Part shown: positions 40,283-58,173 of the stretch, in pieces | Numbering within the stretch: the stretch's first letter is position 1 | Layout of the letters: the number at the start of each line of letters is the position of its first letter | NCBI RefSeq assembly: GCF_055900595.2 | Contig: NZ_CM148325.1 | Length of the DNA: 64,000 nucleotides | Direction: 5' to 3' (one strand) | Position numbers and translations under genes: made by a program | Notes under the pieces: model-generated | Database searches by the model: none | What the model saw: the letters and a program-made list of their open reading frames with translations, nothing else | What the model was told of the DNA's origin: nothing

Positions 40283-42211
40283 ATGCCTGTTATAACTCTT
40301 CCTGATGGCAGCCAACGCCATTACGACCACGCTGTAAGCCCCATGGATGTTGCGCTGGACATTGGTCCAGGTCTGGCGAAAGCCTGTATCGCAGGGCGCG
40401 TTAATGGTGAACTGGTTGATGCTTGCGATCTGATTGAAAACGACGCACAACTGTCGATCATTACCGCCAAAGACGAAGAAGGTCTGGAGATCATTCGTCA
40501 CTCCTGTGCGCACCTGTTAGGGCACGCGATTAAACAACTTTGGCCGCATACCAAAATGGCAATCGGCCCGGTTATTGACAACGGTTTTTATTACGACGTT
40601 GATCTTGACCGCACGTTAACCCAGGAAGATGTCGAAGCACTCGAGAAGCGGATGCATGAGCTTGCTGAGAAAAACTACGACGTCATTAAAAAGAAAGTCA
40701 GCTGGCACGAAGCGCGTGAAACTTTCGCCAACCGTGGGGAGAGCTACAAAGTCTCCATTCTTGACGAAAACATCGCCCATGATGACAAGCCAGGTCTGTA
40801 CTTCCATGAAGAATATGTCGACATGTGCCGCGGTCCGCACGTACCGAACATGCGTTTCTGCCATCATTTCAAACTGATGAAAACGGCAGGGGCTTACTGG
40901 CGTGGCGACAGCAACAACAAAATGTTGCAACGTATTTACGGTACGGCGTGGGCAGACAAAAAAGCGCTAAACGCTTACCTGCAGCGCCTTGAAGAAGCCG
41001 CGAAACGCGACCACCGTAAAATCGGTAAACAGCTCGACCTGTACCATATGCAGGAAGAAGCGCCGGGTATGGTCTTCTGGCACAACGACGGTTGGACCAT
41101 CTTCCGTGAACTGGAAGTGTTTGTTCGTTCTAAACTGAAAGAGTACCAGTATCAGGAAGTTAAAGGTCCGTTCATGATGGACCGTGTTCTGTGGGAAAAA
41201 ACCGGTCACTGGGACAACTACAAAGATGCAATGTTCACCACGTCTTCTGAGAACCGTGAATACTGCATTAAGCCGATGAACTGCCCGGGTCACGTACAAA
41301 TTTTCAACCAGGGGCTGAAGTCTTATCGCGATCTGCCGCTGCGTATGGCCGAGTTTGGTAGCTGCCACCGTAACGAGCCGTCAGGTTCGCTGCATGGCCT
41401 GATGCGTGTACGTGGTTTTACCCAGGATGACGCGCATATCTTCTGTACTGAAGAACAAATTCGCGATGAAGTTAACGGATGTATCCGTTTAGTCTATGAT
41501 ATGTACAGCACTTTTGGCTTCGAGAAGATCGTCGTCAAACTCTCCACTCGTCCTGAAAAACGTATTGGCAGCGACGAAATGTGGGATCGTGCTGAGGCGG
41601 ACCTGGCAGTTGCGCTGGAAGAAAACAACATCCCGTTTGAATATCAACTGGGTGAAGGCGCTTTCTACGGTCCGAAAATTGAATTTACCCTGTATGACTG
41701 CCTCGATCGTGCTTGGCAGTGCGGTACAGTACAGCTGGACTTCTCCTTGCCGTCTCGTCTGAGCGCCTCCTATGTGGGTGAAGACAACGAGCGTAAGGTA
41801 CCGGTAATGATTCACCGCGCAATTCTGGGGTCGATGGAACGTTTCATCGGTATCCTGACCGAAGAATTCGCTGGTTTCTTCCCGACCTGGCTTGCGCCGG
41901 TTCAGGTTGTTATCATGAATATTACCGATTCACAGTCTGAATACGTTAACGAATTGACGCAAAAACTATCAAATGCGGGCATTCGTGTTAAAGCAGACTT
42001 GAGAAATGAGAAGATTGGCTTTAAAATCCGCGAGCACACTTTGCGTCGCGTCCCATATATGCTGGTCTGTGGTGATAAAGAGGTGGAATCAGGCAAAGTT
42101 GCCGTTCGCACCCGCCGTGGTAAAGACCTGGGAAGCATGGACGTAAATGAAGTGATCGAGAAGCTGCAACAAGAGATTCGCAGCCGCAGTCTTAAACAAT
42201 TGGAGGAATAA
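40283..42211 (+). CDS. thrS: threonine--tRNA ligase
   Basis: 642 aa, class II aaRS. Confidence 0.97.
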
Positions 42212-42757
<546 letters not shown>

Positions 42758-42829
42758 GGCCTTCAAGTAGCACTGTCTGTGGAGCCTTTGGGCTTCACAG
42801 GCATTGTTCGCCTTTGTTTCGTTTATTAA

Positions 42830-43051
<222 letters not shown>

Positions 43052-43076
43052 GCCGTTAACGTTTTTAACTTTTTAA

Positions 43077-43460
<384 letters not shown>

Positions 43461-43478
43461 GCCAGTTGAAAGAGGGAG

Positions 43479-43510
43479 CTAGTCTCCCTCTTTTCGTTTC
43501 AACGCCATCA
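43479..43510 (+). terminator. intrinsic terminator after rplT
   Basis: AGAGGGAGctagtCTCCCTCT followed by a T-run. Confidence 0.8.
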
Positions 43511-43582
43511 AAACATTGACTTTTATCGCCGTAGCCTTTTCAATAAAGGTCTTTTGAAAAGTACCAAAAGGTAACGCAAGCA

Positions 43583-43627
43583 ATGAATGCTGCTATTTTC
43601 CGCTTCTTTTTTTACTTTAGCACCTGA
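43583..43627 (+). CDS. pheM: pheST attenuator leader peptide
   Basis: ATG AAT GCT GCT ATT TTC CGC TTC TTT TTT TAC TTT AGC ACC TGA = [14 protein letters not shown], five Phe codons. Confidence 0.9.
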
Positions 43628-43674
43628 CTCCAGGAGGCTAGCGCGTGAGAAGAGAAACGGAAAACAGCGCCTGA

Positions 43675-43700
43675 AAGCCTCCCAGTGGAGGCTTTTTTTG
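43675..43700 (+). terminator. pheST attenuator terminator
   Basis: GCCTCCcagtGGAGGC followed by T7. Confidence 0.85.
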
Positions 43701-43868
43701 TATGCGCGTTTTGAAAAATAAAAAGCCTGTCTCATCAGGCGTAATTGTCGCAGCCAGTCTGGGCACGGCCAGCGCGGAGAAACCGGAGCGTACTTAAGTA
43801 CGTGAGGATTTCGAGCACTGCCCGGGACCAAAATGGCAAGTAAAATAGCCTGATGGGATAGGCTCTAA

Positions 43869-44894
<1,026 letters not shown>

Positions 44895-44905
44895 GGCAGG
44901 AATAG

Positions 44906-47296
<2,391 letters not shown>

Positions 47297-47300
47297 ACCT

Positions 47301-47600
47301 ATGGCGCTTACAAAAGCTGAAATGTCAGAATATCTGTTTGATAAGCTTGGGCTTAGCAAGCGGGATGCCAAAGAACTGGTTGAACTGTTTTTCGAAGAGA
47401 TCCGTCGAGCTCTGGAAAACGGCGAACAGGTGAAACTCTCTGGTTTTGGTAACTTCGATCTGCGTGATAAGAATCAACGCCCGGGACGTAACCCGAAAAC
47501 GGGCGAGGATATTCCCATTACAGCACGGCGCGTGGTGACCTTCAGACCCGGGCAGAAGTTAAAAAGCCGGGTCGAAAACGCTTCGCCCAAAGACGAGTAA
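47301..47600 (+). CDS. ihfA: integration host factor alpha subunit
   Basis: 99 aa, [22 protein letters not shown]. Confidence 0.97.
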
Positions 47601-47612
47601 TCTGATCTAACT

Positions 47613-47643
47613 AAAAAGGCCGCTCTGCGGCCTTTTTTCTTTT
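47613..47643 (+). terminator. intrinsic terminator after ihfA
   Basis: GGCCGCtctGCGGCC followed by T6. Confidence 0.85.
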
Positions 47644-47700
47644 CACTGTCGAAGAGTCACCGTAAAATCAACGCTATGACACTTCAGCAGAACGGATACC

Positions 47701-48681
47701 ATGCTGACACTTGCCCGCCAACAACAGCGACAAAATATTCGCTGGTTATTATGCCTGTCAGTTTTGATGCTGCTGGCGCTTCTCTTAAGCCTTTGCGCCG
47801 GTGAACAATGGATTTCGCCAGGTGACTGGTTTACTCCTCGTGGCGAACTGTTCGTCTGGCAAATTCGCCTGCCACGTACGCTGGCTGTATTGCTGGTTGG
47901 TGCGGCGCTGGCTATATCCGGCGCTGTAATGCAGGCATTGTTTGAAAATCCTCTGGCAGAACCTGGACTACTTGGCGTCTCTAACGGCGCAGGCGTAGGG
48001 CTTATCGCCGCGGTATTGCTTGGGCAAGGGCAACTCCCAAACTGGGCACTAGGGCTGTGTGCGATTGCTGGCGCGCTTATCATCACTTTAATACTCTTAC
48101 GTTTTGCCCGTCGTCATCTTTCGACCAGTCGGTTATTGCTGGCTGGTGTTGCATTAGGGATTATCTGTAGCGCACTAATGACGTGGGCTATCTATTTTTC
48201 CACCTCTGTTGATTTACGTCAGCTGATGTACTGGATGATGGGCGGTTTTGGCGGCGTAGACTGGCGGCAAAGTTGGCTGATGCTGGCATTGATCCCCGTG
48301 TTGTTGTGGATCTGTTGTCAGTCCAGACCGATGAATATGTTAGCACTTGGCGAGATCTCGGCGCGGCAACTGGGTTTACCCCTGTGGTTCTGGCGCAATG
48401 TGCTGGTGGCAGCGACCGGCTGGATGGTTGGCGTCAGTGTGGCGTTGGCGGGTGCTATCGGCTTTATTGGTCTGGTGATCCCACATATTCTCCGGTTATG
48501 TGGTTTGACCGATCATCGCGTATTACTTCCCGGCTGCGCGCTGGCAGGGGCGAGCGCATTGCTGCTGGCCGATGTTGTAGCGCGCCTGGCATTAGCTGCC
48601 GCAGAGCTGCCTATTGGCGTGGTCACCGCAACGTTGGGTGCGCCGGTGTTTATCTGGTTATTGTTAAAAGCAGGACGTTAG
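47701..48681 (+). CDS. btuC: vitamin B12 ABC transporter permease
   Basis: 326 aa, FecCD-family permease. Confidence 0.95.
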   Translation: MLTLARQQQRQNIRWLLCLSVLMLLALLLSLCAGEQWISPGDWFTPRGELFVWQIRLPRTLAVLLVGAALAISGAVMQALFENPLAEPGLLGVSNGAGVGLIAAVLLGQGQLPNWALGLCAIAGALIITLILLRFARRHLSTSRLLLAGVALGIICSALMTWAIYFSTSVDLRQLMYWMMGGFGGVDWRQSWLMLALIPVLLWICCQSRPMNMLALGEISARQLGLPLWFWRNVLVAATGWMVGVSVALAGAIGFIGLVIPHILRLCGLTDHRVLLPGCALAGASALLLADVVARLALAAAELPIGVVTATLGAPVFIWLLLKAGR

Positions 48682-48741
48682 CCGCAAAAAGACGGTCTAT
48701 GATTAAAAGCTAAGATTTTTACTGACCACCCAGGAGAAACG

Positions 48742-49293
48742 ATGCAAGATTCCATTCTGACGACCGTAGTGAAAGATATCGACGGTGAAGTGACCACGCT
48801 GGAGAAGTACGCCGGTAATGTGCTGTTGATTGTCAATGTCGCCTCAAAGTGTGGCTTAACGCCGCAATATGAGCAGTTGGAGAATATTCAGAAAGCCTGG
48901 GCCGATCGTGGTTTTGTGGTGTTGGGATTCCCGTGCAACCAGTTTCTGGAGCAAGAACCGGGCAGCGATGAAGAGATTAAAACTTACTGCACCACTACCT
49001 GGGGGGTGACGTTCCCGATGTTCAGTAAGATTGAGGTTAATGGCGAAGGACGCCATCCGCTGTATCAAAAATTGATTGCCGCAGCGCCGACGGCAGTCGC
49101 GCCGGAAGAGAGCGGATTCTATGCCCGTATGGTCAGCAAAGGTCGTGCACCGCTGTACCCTGATGATATTTTATGGAATTTTGAGAAATTTTTAGTTGGC
49201 AGGGACGGATTGGTCATCCAGCGTTTTTCCCCGGATATGACGCCGGAAGATCCCATTGTGATGGAAAGCATTAAACTGGCGTTGGCGAAATAA
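48742..49293 (+). CDS. btuE: glutathione-peroxidase-like thiol peroxidase
   Basis: 183 aa, [12 protein letters not shown]. Confidence 0.95.
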
Positions 49294-50042
49294 TGTCTAT
49301 TGTGATGCAGCTACAGGATGTTGCGGAATCAACCCGCCTTGGGCCGCTTTCTGGCGAGGTTCGGGCTGGGGAGATCCTACATCTGGTGGGGCCGAATGGC
49401 GCGGGTAAGAGTACCTTACTGGCGCGAATGGCCGGAATGACCAGCGGTAAGGGAAGCATTCAGTTCGCGGGGCAACCACTGGAAGCATGGTCCGCAACAA
49501 AACTCGCGCTGCATCGCGCCTATCTTTCACAACAACAGACGCCACCGTTTGCAATGCCGGTCTGGCACTACCTGACACTGCATCAGCACGATAAAACGCG
49601 TACCGAACTACTGAATGATGTCGCAGGGGCGCTGGCTCTTGATGACAAACTCGGACGTAGCACCAATCAACTTTCCGGCGGCGAATGGCAACGCGTACGT
49701 CTTGCTGCGGTGGTGCTGCAAATCACACCACAAGCCAATCCCGCAGGCCAATTACTACTTCTTGATGAGCCTATGAACAGTCTTGATGTTGCGCAACAAA
49801 GTGCGTTAGACAAAATTCTGAGCGCGCTGTGTCAGCAAGGACTGGCGATTGTGATGAGCAGTCACGATCTCAACCACACCTTGCGTCATGCGCATCGGGC
49901 GTGGTTGCTAAAAGGTGGAAAAATGCTGGCCAGTGGACGCAGAGAAGAGGTGCTCACGCCGCCAAATCTGGCGCAGGCCTATGGGATGAATTTTCGCCGT
50001 CTGGATATCGAAGGTCACAGAATGCTGATTTCGACCATCTGA
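49293..50042 (+). CDS. btuD: vitamin B12 ABC transporter ATPase
   Basis: 249 aa, Walker [10 protein letters not shown], signature LSGGEWQRV; start overlaps btuE stop. Confidence 0.95.
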
Positions 50043-50119
50043 TTTCATTAGTATCTTGAAAATCGGGTAATTACGACGCTAAATTAATGCAAGAATAAAA
50101 AACAGAGGAACCGTACGGA

Positions 50120-50584
50120 ATGCGTTTCTGCCTTATTTTGATCACAGCACTGTTTCTGGCCGGGTGTAGCCACCATAAAGCACCGCCGCCAAATGCCAGA
50201 CTTTCTGATTCGATTACCGTTATTGCCGGTTTGAACGACCAGCTACAGAGCTGGCATGGTACGCCGTATCGTTATGGTGGCATGACGCGGCGCGGTGTGG
50301 ACTGTTCGGGGTTTGTGGTTGTGACGATGCGCGATCGTTTCGATTTGCAGCTGCCCCGTGAAACCAAACAACAAGCCTCTATCGGCACGCAAATTGATAA
50401 AGACGAGTTGCTGCCTGGTGACCTGGTCTTTTTCAAAACGGGCTCCGGACAAAATGGTTTGCATGTAGGTATTTACGATACCAACAACCAATTTATCCAC
50501 GCCTCTACCAGCAAGGGAGTGATGCGTTCCTCACTCGATAATGTCTATTGGCAGAAAAATTTCTGGCAGGCGAGACGAATCTAG
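50120..50584 (+). CDS. nlpC: NlpC/P60-family lipoprotein peptidase
   Basis: 154 aa, lipobox LAGCS, catalytic Cys in GVDCSGFV. Confidence 0.9.
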   Translation: MRFCLILITALFLAGCSHHKAPPPNARLSDSITVIAGLNDQLQSWHGTPYRYGGMTRRGVDCSGFVVVTMRDRFDLQLPRETKQQASIGTQIDKDELLPGDLVFFKTGSGQNGLHVGIYDTNNQFIHASTSKGVMRSSLDNVYWQKNFWQARRI

Positions 50585-50830
50585 TATGTCGAAAAATGGA
50601 CGGCGATGATACATCTCCGTCCATTTACTCCTGAATACAGTAGTATTTTACAGACAAAAATACCGTATATGGATTATTCGTTTATAATCAGGATAATCTA
50701 ATAAAAGGACCCCTGAAAAAGTGGTTAACATGGAACAAATGAAAGTTACTCCTTCTGTAATTGTTATGTCTTATGGCCTCATCCCTTTTAGCCGGATACT
50801 GAAAAACATCCTTCGAGAGGGACGGTTACC

Positions 50831-51544
50831 ATGAAGATTTTTTTGGAGAATCTTTATCATTCTGATTGCTATTTCCTGCCGATAAGAGATAATCAGCAAG
50901 ACCTTGTCGGCGTTGAGTTAATTACCCATTTCTCCAGTGAAGATGGTACGGTTCGTATACCGACGAGTCGGGTTATAGCGCAACTTACCGAGGAGCAACA
51001 TTGGCAATTATTTTCTGAGCAGTTGGAATTGCTAAAATCATGCCAACACTTTTTTATTCAACATAAACTCTTTGCCTGTCTTAATTTAACCCCACAAGTG
51101 GCTACTTTATTATTAGACAGGGATAATTACGCGGGCGAACTATTAAAATATCCGTTTATTGAACTGTTGATTAATGAGAATTACCCGCATCTCGATGAAG
51201 GAAAAGATAATCGCGATCTTTTGTCCTTATCGCAAATGTATCCCCTTGTGTTAGGTAATTTGGGCGCAGGCAATAGCACAATGAAAGCGGTTTTTGATGG
51301 TCTTTTCACCCGCGTCATGCTGGATAAAAGTTTTATTCAGCAACAAATCACGCATCGCTCCTTCGAACCGTTTATTCGTGCGATCCAGGCGCAAATTTCC
51401 CCATGTTGCAATTGCATCATCGCGGGGGGCATTGATACGCCAGAAATAATGGCACAGATTATCCCCTTTGATTTCCATGCTCTCCAGGGATGCCTGTGGC
51501 CTGCCGTTCCTGTAAATCAGATAACGACGTTGGTTCAGCGATAA
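50831..51544 (+). CDS. ydiV: degenerate-EAL-domain anti-FlhD4C2 factor
   Basis: 237 aa, synteny. Confidence 0.9.
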   Translation: MKIFLENLYHSDCYFLPIRDNQQDLVGVELITHFSSEDGTVRIPTSRVIAQLTEEQHWQLFSEQLELLKSCQHFFIQHKLFACLNLTPQVATLLLDRDNYAGELLKYPFIELLINENYPHLDEGKDNRDLLSLSQMYPLVLGNLGAGNSTMKAVFDGLFTRVMLDKSFIQQQITHRSFEPFIRAIQAQISPCCNCIIAGGIDTPEIMAQIIPFDFHALQGCLWPAVPVNQITTLVQR

Positions 51545-51567
51545 CCCTCCTGTTTGCTGGTGTTTAA

Positions 51568-53043
<1,476 letters not shown>

Positions 53044-53046
53044 AGG

Positions 53047-53238
53047 CTACTTGGTCAACAGCAGCTTGCCAGCCTGAGTTTTACGAAGCAGATATTCTTG
53101 CCCGTCATGATCGATAATCAGTTTGCCATCCGGACCTAACAGTGTCTGGCTGGTAATTCGCCGAATGGGCTGCGGGGAGGCGGTCTTGTGATTGGCATCC
53201 GTTTCAGGCGTGAGTTTTCTGCTATCCGTATAACGCAT
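53047..53238 (-). CDS. ydiE: HemP-like small protein YdiE
   Basis: 63 aa from ATG 53236..53238 ([18 protein letters not shown]...); Fur box upstream. Confidence 0.75.
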   Translation of the reverse strand: MRYTDSRKLTPETDANHKTASPQPIRRITSQTLLGPDGKLIIDHDGQEYLLRKTQAGKLLLTK

Positions 53239-53260
53239 AAAAATTAATAATAATTGATAT

Positions 53261-53279
53261 AACAATGATTCTTATTATC
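53261..53279 (-). promoter_or_regulatory. Fur box upstream of ydiE
   Basis: Minus-strand GATAATAAGAATCATTGTT matches 15 of 19 positions of GATAATGATAATCATTATC. Confidence 0.6.
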
Positions 53280-53369
53280 AATATTCTGGCGGACCAGAGC
53301 AAGCAGTAATTTGTTGAGAAGACAACAAGTTGCGCAGAAATGCCCATTCCGTCAGGAATGGGCACGCAT

Positions 53370-54416
53370 TCAGAAGCGGGTATCAACCGCAGAGGCGAGT
53401 TTTTCGACCAGGCGTTCGGTATCTTCCCAGCCCAGACACGGGTCGGTAATCGATTGACCGTAAGTGAGCGGCTGACCGCCGACGATTTTTTGCGTTCCTT
53501 CGCGCAGGAAACTTTCCGCCATAATTCCAGCAATCGCCGTAGAGCCATTGCGGATTTGCTGACAAATATCCTCACAAACTTCTAACTGGCGACGGTGCTG
53601 CTTCTGGCAGTTACCGTGGCTGAAATCCACCACCAGATGTTCAGGTAAATCAAACTCGTGCAACGTATCGCAGGCAGCGGCGATATCATCCGCATGGTAA
53701 TTCGGCTTTTTGCCGCCACGCATAATAATGTGGCCATACGGATTGCCGCTGGTCTGATAGATGGTCATTTGACCGTTTTTGTCAGGCGAGAGGAACATAT
53801 GGCTGGCGCGGGCAGCGCGGATAGCATCCACGGCAATTCGCGTGTTGCCATCGGTACCATTTTTAAAACCTACCGGACAAGAGAGTGCCGAAGCCATTTC
53901 ACGGTGGATCTGGCTTTCGGTAGTACGTGCGCCAATCGCGCCCCAACTGATTAAATCAGCAATAAACTGACCGGTCACCATATCGAGGAACTCAGTCGCG
54001 GTAGGGACGCCCAGCTCATTGACCTGTAAAAGTAATTTGCGCGCCAGCTCCAGACCGTGATTTACCCGGTAGCTGCCGTTTAAATCCGGATCGGAGATTA
54101 GCCCTTTCCAGCCGACAACAGTTCGTGGTTTTTCAAAATAGGTGCGCATTACGATTTCCAGCCGTGACTGGTACTGGTTGCGCAGCGACTGCAGACGGGT
54201 GGCGTACTCCATTGCAGCGGTGAGATCGTGGATCGAGCAGGGGCCAATAATGACCAACAGTCGCTTATCTTCACCATTCAGTATTTTTTCAATTCTGCGG
54301 CGGGAGTCGGTGACATGGGTGGCGACGCCAGGCGTTACGGGATACCGTAGCGCGAGTTCGGCGGGCGTTACCAGGCTCTCAATACGCGCAGTACGGAGTT
54401 CGTCAGTTCTGTTCAT
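53370..54416 (-). CDS. aroH: DAHP synthase, Trp-sensitive
   Basis: 348 aa; hairpin GCCCATTCCgtcaGGAATGGGC just downstream. Confidence 0.95.
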   Translation of the reverse strand: MNRTDELRTARIESLVTPAELALRYPVTPGVATHVTDSRRRIEKILNGEDKRLLVIIGPCSIHDLTAAMEYATRLQSLRNQYQSRLEIVMRTYFEKPRTVVGWKGLISDPDLNGSYRVNHGLELARKLLLQVNELGVPTATEFLDMVTGQFIADLISWGAIGARTTESQIHREMASALSCPVGFKNGTDGNTRIAVDAIRAARASHMFLSPDKNGQMTIYQTSGNPYGHIIMRGGKKPNYHADDIAAACDTLHEFDLPEHLVVDFSHGNCQKQHRRQLEVCEDICQQIRNGSTAIAGIMAESFLREGTQKIVGGQPLTYGQSITDPCLGWEDTERLVEKLASAVDTRF

Positions 54417-54572
54417 TACAAGTCTCAGAAATTTGTTGCTTCTACGGCAGGACTACCGGGAAGTGATGCGCATCACGATAAACCAATCGCAGCTGATTTC
54501 AAGTGCGAGGTGTGTCACACCTCGCCGGGTGGTTAGCATGATAACAAAAAAACAAGCTAATGCACTAGTTCT

Positions 54573-55406
54573 CTAGTACATTCGACGACTAAGGCCCATG
54601 ATATCAAGGATCTTGGTGGCAATCTCTTCTACCGAATAATTGGTACTGTTAATCCACGGGATCTGATTTTTACGGTACAACGCTTCCACTTCCGCGACTT
54701 CCATCCTGCACTGACGAAGCGAGGCATAGCGACTGTTCTCCCGACGTTCCTCGCGAATCGCCGCCAGACGTTCCGGGTCGATAGTCAGGCCGAACAATTT
54801 ATGCTGAAGCGGTTTGAGCGACGCGGGTAGCACCAGATTATCCATATCGTCGGCAATAAAGGGGTAGTTTGCCGCGCGGATACCAAACTGCATTGCCAGA
54901 TACAAACTGGTGGGGGTTTTACCACAGCGAGAAACGCCGAGCAGGATCACCTGTGCCTGGTCCAGATTGCGTAATGAAATGCCGTCATCATGGGCGAGGG
55001 TGTAATCAATCGCCGCAATACGTGCATCATATTTATTGAGATTATTAGGGTTAAGGCCGTGGGTACGATGAGCAATCGGCGTTGGGTCCAGTTTCATCTC
55101 TTGTTGTAGCGGGGCAACCAGCGCCTGAACGATATCCTGGCAAAAGCCTTCACTTTGCAAGATGATGGCGCGAATCTCCGGCAACACGATGGAGTAGAAT
55201 ACCAGTGGGCGCACACCTGTCTGGTGATAAATTGCGTCAATCTGATCCTTCACTGCCCGTGCACGGCTCTCATTTTCGACAAACGGCAGCGTAATGCTGC
55301 TGATAGTGACGGGAAATTGTGACATTACTGCGTGTCCTAATACCTCCGCAGTTATTGCCGTACCATCAGAAATATAAAAAACGTGGCGATCAACAGCATT
55401 ATCCAT
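54573..55406 (-). CDS. ppsR: PEP synthase regulatory protein (bifunctional kinase / pyrophosphorylase)
   Basis: 277 aa, P-loop [13 protein letters not shown]. Confidence 0.95.
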
Positions 55407-55738
55407 TTTGTTCTTCCCGTAATGCAGACATAATTCTATGAAAGCATAAATTAAAAACGCACAGAAGCGTAGAACGTTATGTCTGGTTTATAAAATGAAC
55501 CTTCAATTTTATTTTTTATGAAAACAGCATTTCATTTTTACGGTTTCGTTTATACCGATGGTTTATGTGGAAATTGTCGAAGAGAGCAGATTTGCGCAAC
55601 GCTGGGATCAGTCTTAAAAAGTAAAAAAATATATTTGCTTGAACGATTCACCGTTTTTTTCATCCGGTTAAATATGCAAAGATAAATGCGCAGAAATGTG
55701 TTTCTCAAACCGTTCATTTATCACAAAAGGATTGTTCG

Positions 55739-58117
55739 ATGTCCAACAATGGCTCGTCACCGCTGGTGCTTTGGTATAACCAACTCGGCATGAATGATGT
55801 AGACAGGGTTGGGGGCAAAAATGCCTCCCTGGGTGAAATGATTACTAACCTTTCCGGAATGGGTGTTTCCGTTCCGAATGGTTTCGCCACAACCGCCGAC
55901 GCGTTTAACCAGTTTCTGGACCAAAGCGGCGTAAACCAGCGCATTTATGAACTGCTGGATAAAACGGATATTGACGATGTTACCCAGCTTGCGAAAGCGG
56001 GCGCGCAAATCCGCCAGTGGATTATCGACACTCCCTTCCAGCCTGAGCTGGAAAACGCCATCCGCGAAGCCTATGCGCAGCTTTCCGCCGATGACGAAAA
56101 CGCCTCTTTTGCGGTGCGTTCCTCCGCTACTGCAGAAGATATGCCGGACGCTTCCTTTGCCGGTCAGCAGGAAACTTTCCTCAACGTTCAGGGTTTTGAC
56201 GCCGTTCTCGTGGCAGTGAAACATGTATTTGCTTCTCTGTTTAACGATCGCGCCATCTCTTATCGTGTGCACCAGGGTTACGATCACCGTGGCGTGGCGC
56301 TCTCCGCCGGTGTTCAGCGGATGGTGCGCTCCGACCTCGCATCTTCTGGCGTGATGTTCTCCATTGATACCGAATCCGGCTTTGACCAGGTGGTGTTTAT
56401 CACTTCCGCATGGGGCCTTGGTGAAATGGTCGTGCAGGGTGCGGTTAACCCGGATGAGTTTTACGTGCACAAACCGACACTGGCGGCGAATCGCCCGGCT
56501 ATCGTGCGCCGCACCATGGGGTCAAAAAAAATCCGCATGGTTTACGCGCCGACCCAGGAGCACGGCAAGCAGGTTAAAATCGAAGACGTACCGCAGGAAC
56601 AGCGTGACATCTTCTCGCTGACCAACGAAGAAGTGCAGGAACTGGCAAAACAGGCCGTACAAATTGAGAAACACTACGGTCGCCCGATGGATATTGAGTG
56701 GGCGAAAGATGGCCACACCGGTAAATTGTTTATCGTGCAGGCGCGTCCAGAAACTGTGCGTTCTCGCGGTCAGGTCATGGAGCGTTATACGTTGCATTCA
56801 CAGGGTAAGATTATCGCCGAAGGCCGTGCTATCGGTCATCGCATCGGCGCGGGTCCGGTGAAAGTCATCCATGACATCAGCGAAATGAACCGCATCGAAC
56901 CTGGCGACGTGCTGGTTACTGACATGACCGACCCGGATTGGGAACCGATCATGAAGAAAGCATCGGCTATCGTCACTAACCGTGGCGGACGTACCTGTCA
57001 CGCGGCGATCATCGCTCGTGAACTGGGCATTCCAGCGGTAGTGGGCTGTGGTGATGCAACAGAACGGATGAAAGACGGTGAGAACGTCACTGTTTCTTGT
57101 GCAGAGGGTGATACCGGTTACGTCTATGCTGAGTTGCTGGAATTTAGCGTGAAAAGCTCCAGCGTGGAAACGATGCCGGATCTGCCGTTGAAAGTGATGA
57201 TGAACGTCGGTAACCCGGACCGTGCTTTCGATTTCGCCTGCCTGCCGAACGAAGGCGTGGGCCTTGCGCGTCTGGAATTTATCATCAACCGTATGATTGG
57301 CGTCCACCCACGCGCACTGCTTGAGTTTGACGATCAGGAACCGCAGTTGCAAAACGAAATCCGCGAGATGATGAAAGGTTTTGATTCTCCGCGTGAGTTT
57401 TACGTTGGTCGTCTGACTGAAGGGATCGCGACGTTGGGTGCTGCGTTTTATCCGAAGCGTGTCATTGTCCGTCTCTCTGATTTTAAATCGAACGAATACG
57501 CCAACCTGGTCGGTGGTGAACGTTACGAGCCAGATGAAGAGAACCCAATGCTCGGCTTCCGTGGCGCGGGACGTTATGTTTCCGACAGCTTCCGCGACTG
57601 CTTCGCACTGGAGTGTGAAGCGGTGAAACGTGTGCGCAACGACATGGGACTGACCAACGTTGAGATCATGATCCCGTTCGTGCGTACCGTAGATCAGGCG
57701 AAAGCGGTGGTTGAAGAACTGGCGCGCCAGGGGCTGAAACGTGGTGAAAACGGGCTGAAGATCATCATGATGTGTGAAATTCCGTCCAACGCCTTACTGG
57801 CAGAGCAGTTCCTCGAATATTTCGACGGCTTCTCAATTGGCTCAAACGATATGACGCAGCTTGCGCTTGGTCTGGACCGAGACTCTGGCGTGGTGTCTGA
57901 ACTGTTCGATGAGCGCAACGATGCAGTGAAAGCACTGCTGTCGATGGCGATTCGTGCCGCGAAGAAGCAGGGCAAATATGTCGGGATTTGCGGTCAGGGT
58001 CCGTCCGACCATGAAGACTTTGCCGCCTGGCTGATGGAAGAGGGGATCGATAGCTTGTCCCTGAATCCGGACACTGTGGTACAAACCTGGTTAAGCCTGG
58101 CTGAACTGAAGAAATAA
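55739..58117 (+). CDS. ppsA: phosphoenolpyruvate synthase
   Basis: 792 aa, phospho-His region [21 protein letters not shown]. Confidence 0.97.
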   Translation: MSNNGSSPLVLWYNQLGMNDVDRVGGKNASLGEMITNLSGMGVSVPNGFATTADAFNQFLDQSGVNQRIYELLDKTDIDDVTQLAKAGAQIRQWIIDTPFQPELENAIREAYAQLSADDENASFAVRSSATAEDMPDASFAGQQETFLNVQGFDAVLVAVKHVFASLFNDRAISYRVHQGYDHRGVALSAGVQRMVRSDLASSGVMFSIDTESGFDQVVFITSAWGLGEMVVQGAVNPDEFYVHKPTLAANRPAIVRRTMGSKKIRMVYAPTQEHGKQVKIEDVPQEQRDIFSLTNEEVQELAKQAVQIEKHYGRPMDIEWAKDGHTGKLFIVQARPETVRSRGQVMERYTLHSQGKIIAEGRAIGHRIGAGPVKVIHDISEMNRIEPGDVLVTDMTDPDWEPIMKKASAIVTNRGGRTCHAAIIARELGIPAVVGCGDATERMKDGENVTVSCAEGDTGYVYAELLEFSVKSSSVETMPDLPLKVMMNVGNPDRAFDFACLPNEGVGLARLEFIINRMIGVHPRALLEFDDQEPQLQNEIREMMKGFDSPREFYVGRLTEGIATLGAAFYPKRVIVRLSDFKSNEYANLVGGERYEPDEENPMLGFRGAGRYVSDSFRDCFALECEAVKRVRNDMGLTNVEIMIPFVRTVDQAKAVVEELARQGLKRGENGLKIIMMCEIPSNALLAEQFLEYFDGFSIGSNDMTQLALGLDRDSGVVSELFDERNDAVKALLSMAIRAAKKQGKYVGICGQGPSDHEDFAAWLMEEGIDSLSLNPDTVVQTWLSLAELKK

Positions 58118-58125
58118 AATAAATC

Positions 58126-58148
58126 CCCGGCGGCGTTTTGTCGCCGGG
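58126..58148. terminator. bidirectional terminator between convergent ppsA and fadK
   Basis: CCCGGCGgcgttttgtCGCCGGG. Confidence 0.7.
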
Positions 58149-58173
58149 TTTACGTGATCCCCGAGTATGAAAC

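Noticed and set aside
55757-57352. Antisense ORFs inside ppsA (55757..56470, 237 aa; 56798..57352, 184 aa)
   Set aside because: ppsA on the plus strand is unambiguous; antisense frames lack RBS and homology.
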